Positions 16,859 to 25,907 of a stretch of 64,000 bases of DNA are shown here, piece by piece (within the stretch, counting starts at the first letter, position 1; every line of letters starts with the position of its first letter). Source of the stretch: Nitrososphaerota archaeon (lineage in GTDB: Archaea > Thermoproteota > EX4484-205 > JAAOZP01); contig JAAOZP010000017.1 of assembly GCA_011605725.1 (NCBI GenBank), forward strand, positions 224,001-288,000, in the 5' to 3' direction. Position numbers and translations under genes: made by a program. Under the pieces are notes generated by a model that was not told where the DNA came from, ran no database searches, and saw only the letters and a list, made by a program, of their open reading frames with translations.

Positions 16859-19293
16859 TGAGCGGGGAGCCGAGAATAGGAGTATTCGTGTGCCACTGCG
16901 GGAAGAACATAGCTGGCACTGTAGACGTCGCGAAGGTTGCCGAGTACGCTAAGACTCTTCCAAACGTCGTTTACTCCACCCATAATCTTTACACGTGTTC
17001 AGAAGCTGGACAAGCTGAGGTAAAGAGGATAATTAAGGAATACGGGCTTAACAGGGTTGTCGTAGCAGCCTGCAGCCCGAAGATGCATGAGCCGACTTTC
17101 AGAGCATGCGTCTCAGAAGCAGGTTTAAACCCTTACCTATTCGAAATGGCTAACATAAGGGAGCATTGCTCCTGGGTTCACATGAGCGACCCTGAGGGCG
17201 CCACTAGGAAGGCTATCGACCTTGTCAAAATGGCTGTTGCTAAAGCACGGTTGCTTGAGCCTCTTGAGCCGATAATCGTCCCAGTTGAGAAAACGCTGCT
17301 CGTCATAGGCGGGGGAATAGCTGGAATGAGAACAGCACTAGACGTAGCGGACTCAGGGTACAACGTGATACTCGTCGAGAAGTCTCCGAGACTGGGAGGC
17401 AAGACAGCGATGCTGGGGAAAACTTTTCCAAAAGTGGATTGCACATCCTGCTTGGTAAACGAAATGATAAGCAGAGTATTGACACATCCGAGGATAAGGG
17501 TTTTAACGCTTTCTGAAGTCGCCAGCGTAGACGGCTACGTTGGAAACTTCATCGTCACGGTGAAAAGATCCCCGTCGAAAGTCTCTGTAGAGTGCACAGG
17601 ATGCGGGAAATGTGTTGAAGCATGCCCCGTAGAGGTTGAGGAAGAGTTTACACGCGGCCTCTCAAAAAGAAAAGCAATATATCTTGTTGAGAAAACCTGG
17701 AGGAATGCTGGTTGCGAATACGGGTATGAGAAGGTAGTCCACATACCGGGACTAGTGGGAAGCCCGATGACAGCCCTGGTTGACGTGAAAAACTGCAGTA
17801 AATGCGGGAAATGTGTTGAAACATGCCCAGTCAAAGCAATAGACCTTGAGGCACCAGGATTACAGGAAACATTCAAAGTCGGCGCGATAGTAATAGCGAC
17901 AGGATTCGACCTTTTCAACCCTGGGAGAAAACCGGAGTATGGCTACGGAAGACTGAGAAATGTCTTGTCAAGCATGGAGTTCGAGAAAATGCTAACACCA
18001 GACGGGCCGACGAAAGGAGAAGCAGTAAGGCCCTCAGACGGGAAGCCGGTTGGGAAAATAGCGTTTATACAGTGCGTGGGCTGCAGGGATGAACAGACAA
18101 ACATCTACTGCTCAAGAATATGCTGCATGATAACCCTTAAGCAAGCGCTCCTCCTGAAGAGGAAAAACCCTGATGCTGAAGTAACCGTGTACTATATTGA
18201 TGTTAGAGCAGGCGGGAAAGAGTATGAAAGAATATTCAGAATGGCGAGGGAGAAAGGAGTGAGGTTCATCAGGGGCAGGCCCAGCAGAGTCGAGGAGGAA
18301 AACGGGATGCTGAAGATACGTGCAGAGGACACTCTGAGCGGAGAGAGAATAGAGGAGCAGTATGACCTCGTAGTCCTAGCGATAGGAATGCAGCCCTCGG
18401 AAGGCACGGATAGGCTTGGAGAAATACTTAGAGTGCCAAGGGACCAGTATGGCTTTTTCATGGAGGCACATATCAAGCTTAAACCGGTTGAAACAGTCGT
18501 AAACGGCATATTTCTAGCGGGATCGTGCGCAGGACCGACAGACATACCCATGACGGTAGCCAGGGGGCATGCGGCAGCTTCGAAAACACTAATGCTTTTC
18601 TCAAAAGACTTCATGGAGCTTGAGCCGATAACAAGCTACGTGGACCCGTTGAAATGCAAAGGATGCCTAGCGTGCACAAAAATGTGCCCGTTTCAAGCGT
18701 TGAAACCGGTGGAAACCGAAGGTAGGAGAACAATACAGGTCACTCAGTCGATGTGCGCTGGATGCGGAACATGCACAGCAGGCTGCCCCTTCGGAGCCTT
18801 AAACCAATACCACTTTACAGATGAGCAGATATTTGCACAAATCGATGCAGCCCTTGAGGAAAACCCGAGGGAAAAAATCATAAGTTTCAATTGTAATTGG
18901 TGTTCATACGCTGGCGCGGATATGGCTGGAGTCTCAAGATTCGAATACCCGTCGAGCGTGAGGATAATCAGAGTGATGTGCTCGGGTAGAGTCAGCGAGA
19001 AAATGATTCTGAGGGCGTTCGAGAAGGGGGCGGGAATGGTTCTAGTAGCACCGTGTCACCCTGCTGACTGTCACTACATAAGCGGCAACGAGTGGGCCCG
19101 TAGAAGGGTTGAGTCGCTTAAGAAGAGGCTTGGCAAGATGGGTATTAATCCTGAGAGGCTTTGGTTCGTCTATGTTTCCGCCGCAGAGGGCAATGTTTAC
19201 CAGAACACGATTATTAAAATGAATGAATATTTGCAGAAGCTTAAGAACGGCGAGGTAAGCTGGGGCGTTGAAGAGGCTAAGGCAGTAGCCTAG
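16858..19293 (+). CDS. hdrA: Heterodisulfide reductase subunit A fused to an MvhD 2Fe-2S domain
   Basis: RIGVFVCHCG, VAACSP, NIREHCSWVH, FAD motif IGGGIAG, KTFP..DC and CSRICCMITLKQA. C-terminal MvhD motifs FNCNWCSYAGAD, RVMCSGRV and CHPADCHY. Confidence 0.93.
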   Translation: MSGEPRIGVFVCHCGKNIAGTVDVAKVAEYAKTLPNVVYSTHNLYTCSEAGQAEVKRIIKEYGLNRVVVAACSPKMHEPTFRACVSEAGLNPYLFEMANIREHCSWVHMSDPEGATRKAIDLVKMAVAKARLLEPLEPIIVPVEKTLLVIGGGIAGMRTALDVADSGYNVILVEKSPRLGGKTAMLGKTFPKVDCTSCLVNEMISRVLTHPRIRVLTLSEVASVDGYVGNFIVTVKRSPSKVSVECTGCGKCVEACPVEVEEEFTRGLSKRKAIYLVEKTWRNAGCEYGYEKVVHIPGLVGSPMTALVDVKNCSKCGKCVETCPVKAIDLEAPGLQETFKVGAIVIATGFDLFNPGRKPEYGYGRLRNVLSSMEFEKMLTPDGPTKGEAVRPSDGKPVGKIAFIQCVGCRDEQTNIYCSRICCMITLKQALLLKRKNPDAEVTVYYIDVRAGGKEYERIFRMAREKGVRFIRGRPSRVEEENGMLKIRAEDTLSGERIEEQYDLVVLAIGMQPSEGTDRLGEILRVPRDQYGFFMEAHIKLKPVETVVNGIFLAGSCAGPTDIPMTVARGHAAASKTLMLFSKDFMELEPITSYVDPLKCKGCLACTKMCPFQALKPVETEGRRTIQVTQSMCAGCGTCTAGCPFGALNQYHFTDEQIFAQIDAALEENPREKIISFNCNWCSYAGADMAGVSRFEYPSSVRIIRVMCSGRVSEKMILRAFEKGAGMVLVAPCHPADCHYISGNEWARRRVESLKKRLGKMGINPERLWFVYVSAAEGNVYQNTIIKMNEYLQKLKNGEVSWGVEEAKAVA

Positions 19294-19309
19294 TTAGAAC
19301 AGGCTCCTT

Positions 19310-19672
19310 TTTAACTGCATGCACCATATTGCTGTCAGCTTCCTGTTTTACCAACAATATCTTTATGAAGCCCCTTATACTCTTTCTTTAAACTTCGTCA
19401 TGTAGTTTTCGTGCACCCGAGACTGCTTCAACCCCCCTTCTTTATTTCCTCGAACTTCCTGTCTTCATCCATGTTTCCAGAGTAAAACGAGGAAACGAAA
19501 CACGTTTTCCAGTGACGGCTCATCTTGCTTATCAATACTCCTCCTGTTTTCAAATCGTTAAGCATCGATGCCTTCTAGCGTGCTGCCAATGTTCTTAGCC
19601 CACCTTTATTCCTGCATAGATCCCCCTTCCATGAACCATATTTTCTCCGTTAGCGCGCTTCCTCCCCATCAT
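19310..19672 (-). pseudogene. Possible degraded remnant of an ABC-transporter ATPase C-terminus
   Basis: Minus-strand fragments in different frames read EEAR/LTEKIWFMEGG and DEPSLENVF, resembling ABC-2 ATPase C-terminal motifs. There are multiple stops and frameshifts. Confidence 0.3.
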
Positions 19673-19904
19673 TCACTAAGGCGAGCAGGCTAAATACCTA
19701 TTGGCGAGTAAGCGAAGAATTTACGCCAGCTTAAAAAATTCCTACAGAAAGAATTTACCGTGCTAAAATAACTTTTTAACCCTCTGGCGGGCATTTTCAT
19801 ACCTGCTCATGCGTCTCTGAGCCAGCTTTAATGCTGACGCCCCCCCCCCAAAAAAGATATAAAAAAGTAAACTTTAAATATAATTTAGGATACTAGAATT
19901 TGAA

Positions 19905-20666
19905 ATGTACGACGAATTATCGCTCAGAATAATGCTGTTTTTAAGGAGGAGGAAAACAGCGAGGTTCAAGGATCTTAAGACGGTCGTCAGCAACCCTAGG
20001 ACGCTCACGATAAAGCTGAAAAAGCTTAAGCATCTGGGGCTTGTAAAGTCTGAAAATGGGACGTATGAGCTGACTTCTAAAGGCCTTGAGGCAAGCAGGG
20101 TTCTTGAAGATTTACATAGGATTCTTTCCTCTTCTGAACCAGTGATTAGGAACGTGGAGAGAATACCTCACCACTACTATGCTCCTGTGATAAGAAGGTA
20201 TTGTGAACTGTTGATGGGCCTGTTAGGGGAAAGGCTTCTTAGCATAATGCTTTTCGGCTCTGTCGCCAGAGGAGACTGGAAAAGGGAGAGTGATATAGAT
20301 ATTCTTATAGTGGCTGAGGGCTGGGAGGATAAGCCTGCTTGGGTTAGGATTGAAGAGCTTAGAAGGGCTAAGGAAGCCCTGGAGGAAAGCCTGGAGTATT
20401 CAGAGGCTTTAGGAGCCGGCTACTTTCCGATTATTCAAAACTACGCGCTTAGCGTTGAGGAGGCTAAAGGGTTTAACAGAATATTCTTAGACGCGGTGGT
20501 CGACGGCATAATTCTTTACGATAAGAACGGGTTTCTAACAGGAGTGCTTCAATCTTTAAGGAAAAGACTTGAAAAAATGGGTTCAGTAAGGGTTACGCTT
20601 CCAGATAAAAAGTTCTACTGGGTTCTGAAGGATGTGAAGGCGGGGGAGGTAATAACGCTTGGATAG
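19905..20666 (+). CDS. Winged-HTH fused to a minimal nucleotidyltransferase (MNT antitoxin)
   Basis: N-terminal wHTH (RFKDLK...NPRTLTIKLKKL...YELTSKG) and MNT motif LFGSVARGD..RESDIDIL. Confidence 0.88.
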   Translation: MYDELSLRIMLFLRRRKTARFKDLKTVVSNPRTLTIKLKKLKHLGLVKSENGTYELTSKGLEASRVLEDLHRILSSSEPVIRNVERIPHHYYAPVIRRYCELLMGLLGERLLSIMLFGSVARGDWKRESDIDILIVAEGWEDKPAWVRIEELRRAKEALEESLEYSEALGAGYFPIIQNYALSVEEAKGFNRIFLDAVVDGIILYDKNGFLTGVLQSLRKRLEKMGSVRVTLPDKKFYWVLKDVKAGEVITLG

Positions 20667-21105
20667 CACTACAAACATAGATCTTGCTGCGTCAGCCATA
20701 AGAAGGAGCGCGCGATGGTTGAGAAGCGCCTTAAGGGCTCTGGAGGACGAGAGGTGGGATGACGTCGTCTACTCTTCACAGATGGCTGTTGAACAAGCGT
20801 CTAAAGCAGTGTTGATAGCGCTTGGAATAGAGTATCCTAGGGAGCATGATGTTAGCGCTGTCTTCAAGCGGATCTCAAGAATAGAGAATGTTCCAGAATG
20901 GTTCTCATCCATTGTTCCTGAGCTTGCTGACAATATTTCTGAACTGGCTGAGTTAAGAGGGTTAGCCGGCTACGGTTATGAGAAGGGTTTAGACGCTGAT
21001 TATTTTAAAGGCTATGCGCCAAAGGCGTATGAAATGGCTGTGAAACATTATGAGGCTTGTGCCAAATTTCTCTCTGAGGTTTACGGTATAGATGTGAAAA
21101 AGTGA
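20659..21105 (+). CDS. HEPN-domain protein (toxin of the MNT-HEPN pair)
   Basis: SQMAVEQASKAVL...YPREHDV and an R-X4-Y motif (RGLAGY). Overlaps the MNT gene. Confidence 0.88.
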   Translation: MDSTTNIDLAASAIRRSARWLRSALRALEDERWDDVVYSSQMAVEQASKAVLIALGIEYPREHDVSAVFKRISRIENVPEWFSSIVPELADNISELAELRGLAGYGYEKGLDADYFKGYAPKAYEMAVKHYEACAKFLSEVYGIDVKK

Positions 21106-21127
21106 TCCTCATTCTTACAGCTCCTGA

Positions 21128-21406
21128 TTACTTTAGGCAAATGAAGCGCGCTTTATCCTCAGATGTGGTTTCAAGGTCTGAGCCTATGTAGACGACCCTC
21201 CTCTCATGGTCTTTAGAGAACACGGCTGCTGGCGTATTCTCGATAATGCTTAAGCCCTCTGGTGGTTTTCCCCATAATGCGATGGTTTCACTCCAGTCCC
21301 TTAGTTTTAACCCTGCATGCTCTGAAACCGTCTTCAGACTCGTACATGGATAGCGCGCGAGGAACTCCCAGTCCACCGGTATGTCTATGTCAGCGCGGGC
21401 ACTCAT
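21128..21406 (-). pseudogene. Short ORF, probable gene fragment
   Basis: 92 aa. PAAVFSKDHERRVVYIG loosely resembles the end of a class I GATase-like domain; no full domain is present. Confidence 0.3.
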
Positions 21407-21602
21407 GCGGTTTAGCAGCGAACCTTAGGGTTCGCGCGCGCTAAACAGTTTTAGGATTCACAAGTAAAGAAGCTTTAGCCAAGTGTTTGATTCACAGCCG
21501 ATTGCTTCAACGAATCACATCTACGCTACGACAGTAGTCTCAACACGGTTGATTAAGATGTCTCTAAAGATATAAATCCCGTTTCATCCTAGGAATGCCG
21601 AA

Positions 21603-22847
21603 TTGTCCGAGGATGGTTTCTGGGGCTTGGATCTGGATTCAATCGTGAAAGAACATGGGACCCCGACATACGTTGTGAACCTTGATCTGGTTGAGAAGAA
21701 TTTTGAAGCTCTTTCCAGCACGGTTCGACGGATCTACAGTAGGTTCAAGATTTTCTACGCGGTTAAGGCAAACCCTTTGATAACTATACTGAAGCTCGTT
21801 AGAGAGCTGGGAGGCGGAGCTGAAGTGGTTTCCATGGGTGAGCTTGAGGCTTCCAGGAGAGCAGGCTTAAATGGTGGGGAAGTATTGTTTAACGGGCCTG
21901 GTAAGACTGAGGTGGAGATTGAGGCTGCAATAGGCTTCGGAGTCTACTCGGTAAACGTTGAATCTGTTGAAGAGCTTATGACGGTGAGGAAGGCGGCTGA
22001 ACGGCTCAGGGTTAAGGCTAGAGTGGGGTTCAGGGTTAACCCCGGTGTAAAAGCTGCTACTCACAAGTATCTTGCGCTGGGCTTCCAGGGAAGCAAGTTC
22101 GGGCTTGACGCCAAGTCTTACAGGGCAGCGTTGCATGAAGCCAAAAGAACCAGAAGGTTTTTGCCAATGGGGGTTCAGATGCATGTTGGGTCGCAGGTTT
22201 TCAGGGAGTCTGATTTCCAGAAAGGGTTCCTCAACTTATTGAGGTTTGTGAACGTGTTTAAATCGGTTCTAGGCTTTCCCCCGGAGTTCATCGATATTGG
22301 AGGCGGAATAGGGCTTAACTATGAGACTGGAGACACTTCCATCTCCCTAAACCGTTTTTCCAGAGCCCTGTCTAAACTAGTCAACAATCCCGATTGGCCG
22401 GATGGAACAACCCTAGTAATGGAGCCCGGCAGGGCTCTCGTTGGGAATGCTGGAATCCTGTTGACAAGGGTTCTTTACGTTAAAGAGTCTAACGGTAGGC
22501 TGTGGGCTATTGTCGACGCCGGGATGAACGACTTCATGAGGACCGCGCTATACGGTGTTAAGCATAGGGTTGTAAGCCTCACGCCTAGACGGGGCAGGCC
22601 TGTCAAATACGCGTTAGGAGGCCCAGTGTGCGAGTCCAGTGATGTTTTCGGCGAGTATGTTCTGCCCCCGTTGAAGAAGGGCGACCTGTTGGCTCTGCTG
22701 GATGTTGGAGCATACGGGTGCTCAATGTCCAGCAATTATAATGGACGGCCTAGGCCTCCAACCCTTGTTTCAAGGTTAGGCAGGGTCCACGTGGCTGAGA
22801 GGCGTGAAACCATAGATGATATTTTAAGAAGGCAGGCAGTCGGCTAA
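21603..22847 (+). CDS. lysA: Diaminopimelate decarboxylase
   Basis: YAVKAN (PLP Lys), SKFG, HVGSQ, EPGR, GPVCESSD and MSSNYNGRPRP motifs. Confidence 0.9.
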   Translation: MSEDGFWGLDLDSIVKEHGTPTYVVNLDLVEKNFEALSSTVRRIYSRFKIFYAVKANPLITILKLVRELGGGAEVVSMGELEASRRAGLNGGEVLFNGPGKTEVEIEAAIGFGVYSVNVESVEELMTVRKAAERLRVKARVGFRVNPGVKAATHKYLALGFQGSKFGLDAKSYRAALHEAKRTRRFLPMGVQMHVGSQVFRESDFQKGFLNLLRFVNVFKSVLGFPPEFIDIGGGIGLNYETGDTSISLNRFSRALSKLVNNPDWPDGTTLVMEPGRALVGNAGILLTRVLYVKESNGRLWAIVDAGMNDFMRTALYGVKHRVVSLTPRRGRPVKYALGGPVCESSDVFGEYVLPPLKKGDLLALLDVGAYGCSMSSNYNGRPRPPTLVSRLGRVHVAERRETIDDILRRQAVG

Positions 22848-23042
22848 GCCTGAATGAAAACCATGCGGTTCCGACAGATGTTTAAGAAGAACCGGCTTAA
22901 TGCGATATGGATACTTAATGGTTATGCTGCAATCCAGTGCTTGCAATTCAAGTACGAACACGCCAATGTCATGAGTCAGCAAATGGTTAAAGGAATTTCT
23001 GAATCTAAAACATGAGATTTAACCACGCTGCTCTAGTTTGGC

Positions 23043-24380
23043 TTACTTGCTTGCGATCGTTACGCTTCGGAACTTGAGGGAGGGCGCTGAAACACCGTAG
23101 TCGTGCCTCGTATCTTTACCAATCATCTCTAAACCTTCTTTAAACATCTCGTAGAAATTGCCTGAGACAACCCCGTTCTTCACAGGCTTAGCTATCTCTC
23201 CGTTCTCAACCATGTAAGCATGGGTTATCGTAGCGTTCAAGTGCCCGCTCACAGGGTTAGACATCCATTCTCCTATCGTGCTCATCACTAGGACACCATT
23301 CTCAGTCTCCTCGAGGAGTTCTTCGAAGGTTGCGTCCCCGGGTTTAAGGTGGAGATGATGCGGGGAAGGTCTCGGAGCTGTGGAGAAGCCTCTGGACGCG
23401 TTCCCCGTGGATTCCCTCCCCTCCCTGTTTGCAGTGTAAGTATCGTAGAGAAAAGTTTCTAAAACACCCTTACCCACTATGGTCAGGTTCCTCGTAGGAT
23501 GGCCCTCGTCGTCGAAAGGCTTTGAGCCAAGCGTGTTCACACTGGCACCCAGGTCTTCAACAGTAACGTTGTCCGACATTATTTCTAAACCTATCTTACC
23601 GGCGAGGGGCGACCTGCCCTCCTGAACGTTCAAAGCTGAAACAGCTGGGTTAAGCATGACGGGCAGCAGCGAGTCTGAAACCCTGTTAAGCGTTATAACC
23701 CCATACTTCCCGTTGGGTATTGCGCCTGCTTTAACGAACTCCCTTGCTCTCGAACCTGCTTCAACACCCGTCTTCCAAGGCTCAAGCTTCCTGTAGCTTC
23801 TAGCTATGCTGTAATCCGAGTAGGTGCCTACTTCCCCAGCCTCGTCAACCCTTGCCTCCACATCTAGGAACGCCAGGGTCTCCCTTCTTTCAACCGGCCC
23901 CCCGTAAGTATTCGCGTAAATCACCTCCAAGGCTCTAGACGTGAGAAACCCGCGTACAGGCTTCGCTTCCCTACAACCCTCTTTAACAGCGTCCAAGAGT
24001 CCCCTAGCAATCGGCAGCAGGTCCTCCGGAGTAGCCTCGGCAGTAGCCTTGTCAAATGTTTCTCCAACTTCCCTCACACTGATATTCCCGTTCATCCTTA
24101 CCCATCTTGGGTCCGGAGGAGAAACCCTTGCTATTGAAACAGCAGAATTCACAGCGCTCTCAATACCCGTGTCGCTCACATCCTGAGTGCCGACGACGGC
24201 TGTAGACTTTCCAATGGCAACTCTGATCCCGAAGGATTTCAGCCTAACGGTCTTCGAAGCCTCCACTTCCCCAGCGAGGGTTAACGATGTTTCAGCCGTG
24301 TTAAGGAGATAGGCCTCGGCCTCGGAGGCGCCTAGTTCAACAGCCCTCTTAACCGCTTTCTCAACATCCATTTCAACCAC
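23043..24380 (-). CDS. tldE: TldE/PmbA family protein
   Basis: PFDDEGHP and STGNASRG motifs; lacks HExxH; coupled to tldD. Confidence 0.88.
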   Translation of the reverse strand: MVEMDVEKAVKRAVELGASEAEAYLLNTAETSLTLAGEVEASKTVRLKSFGIRVAIGKSTAVVGTQDVSDTGIESAVNSAVSIARVSPPDPRWVRMNGNISVREVGETFDKATAEATPEDLLPIARGLLDAVKEGCREAKPVRGFLTSRALEVIYANTYGGPVERRETLAFLDVEARVDEAGEVGTYSDYSIARSYRKLEPWKTGVEAGSRAREFVKAGAIPNGKYGVITLNRVSDSLLPVMLNPAVSALNVQEGRSPLAGKIGLEIMSDNVTVEDLGASVNTLGSKPFDDEGHPTRNLTIVGKGVLETFLYDTYTANREGRESTGNASRGFSTAPRPSPHHLHLKPGDATFEELLEETENGVLVMSTIGEWMSNPVSGHLNATITHAYMVENGEIAKPVKNGVVSGNFYEMFKEGLEMIGKDTRHDYGVSAPSLKFRSVTIASK

Positions 24381-25770
24381 CCCCGACGATGAGCTCCCTA
24401 ATCATCACATGAGGCCCTCCATCCCCAACTCTGGCGAGCTGATTATCCTTGCCACAGCCGCCGAAGGCTGAAGTAGTTATCTTAAGGTCTTTCCCAACAG
24501 CCTCCACCCCTTTGAGCGTTTCAAGTATTGAGCCGGATATGACCACGCCCCTGACAAGTTCCGCAAGCTCCCCGTTCCTTATCATTCTTGAAGGCCCCGC
24601 GGAGAAAGTGAAGGTTCCGGAGGCTGTGTCAACCTGGCCTCCCGTAGCACCCCTTCCAACGATGTATATCCCTTCTCCAGCCTCTTCAACAATCTCCTCA
24701 AAGCCATGGTCCTTAGGCATCATGAAGAAGTTTGTCTGCCTCACAATCGGGAAGTGAGTAAAGTCCTGCGCCCTACTGTTACCTGAAACCGGAAGTTTAA
24801 GAATACCGGCTGTCTCCCTACCGGTCATGAAGGATTTTAAAACTCCTTCTTCAACAGCCAAAACCCTCGTCTTAATGCTACCCTCGTCGTCGAACGGGAC
24901 GAAGTACCCTCCCTCAGCAAGACCATCGTCAACTATCGTGACCAGGGGTGAAGCAATCTCGCCTCCAAGCTTACCGGATAGTATTGAGTCTCCTGAGGAA
25001 ACCAGGTCTCCCTCGCACGCGTGTCCAAAAGCCTCGTGAAGTATCAGGCCGACCATCTCCGGGTCAGCCACAGCCTTAAGCCTGCCGGACGGGGGCAGTG
25101 GTGCTTTAACAGCCTCCTTAGCCAGCCTGCTGACACTTGCTGAGAACTGATTCCAATCCTTGCCCTCTATGAACTCCCAGCCGGCTACAGCAGACTCCTG
25201 GTCACTAACCCTCTCCATCGCCCCGGCTTCGAAAGCCACGCTCATATGCGCGAAACCCAGCAGTGATGATTCATATTCCAAGTCTACCCCGTCGCTCGTA
25301 GCAATGTACCTCCAGTCACGCTGGATGCCGAGCCTTGTAACAGCCGACTTTATTCCATCCAAGCCCAGCCCAGCCTTATTAACATCCATGGTGAGGCTGA
25401 CCTTAGTCCCGTCGGAAACATCCTCAGGCTTTTTCCTCCAGGCTGATTTGAAAACACCTTTGCAGGCTTCTCTTTCACCCAGCTTCTCTACGCGTCTAGA
25501 GGCTTTAGCCGCGGATATGGCTTTCTCAACAGCCTCCCTAACGCTTTCACGGTTAAGAACGTTCGTCGAAGAGAAGCCGAACCTATTGCCGTAAAAAACC
25601 CTGATGCCCAACCCAGCTGAGAAAGTTTTAGAAAACTCCTTAAGAATCCCGTTGTCAACCGTGATCAACTCGTAGCTTGCCCGTTGCGCCCTGGCTTCAA
25701 CATAGGTCGCGCCCAATTCCTCTGCTGTGCTCAACCCATATGCTGCCAGCTCCTTCAACATTGCAACCAT
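24373..25770 (-). CDS. tldD: TldD family metalloprotease
   Basis: HEAFGHACEGD, FDDEG and GCGKDNQ..VGDGGP motifs. The track starts at 25809, but ATG 25770 fits the TATA spacing. Confidence 0.9.
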   Translation of the reverse strand: MVAMLKELAAYGLSTAEELGATYVEARAQRASYELITVDNGILKEFSKTFSAGLGIRVFYGNRFGFSSTNVLNRESVREAVEKAISAAKASRRVEKLGEREACKGVFKSAWRKKPEDVSDGTKVSLTMDVNKAGLGLDGIKSAVTRLGIQRDWRYIATSDGVDLEYESSLLGFAHMSVAFEAGAMERVSDQESAVAGWEFIEGKDWNQFSASVSRLAKEAVKAPLPPSGRLKAVADPEMVGLILHEAFGHACEGDLVSSGDSILSGKLGGEIASPLVTIVDDGLAEGGYFVPFDDEGSIKTRVLAVEEGVLKSFMTGRETAGILKLPVSGNSRAQDFTHFPIVRQTNFFMMPKDHGFEEIVEEAGEGIYIVGRGATGGQVDTASGTFTFSAGPSRMIRNGELAELVRGVVISGSILETLKGVEAVGKDLKITTSAFGGCGKDNQLARVGDGGPHVMIRELIVGGG

Positions 25771-25907
25771 CGTGAAAAAACGGTTAAACAGGGTATTAAG
25801 TCTTCCCATGGGCAGCCTGCATCATACTTAGAGTATCTGGACGCGGAGGTTTTAAATGGGAAATAGTTTATATCTGGTCTTCGCATTAAATGTGGCAGTG
25901 TTGAGCG

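Noticed and set aside
16858-19293. Selenocysteine recoding or methanogenesis marker
   Set aside because: The frame is open with Cys codons. HdrA-MvhD is widespread in non-methanogens and no mcr/mtr genes are present here.
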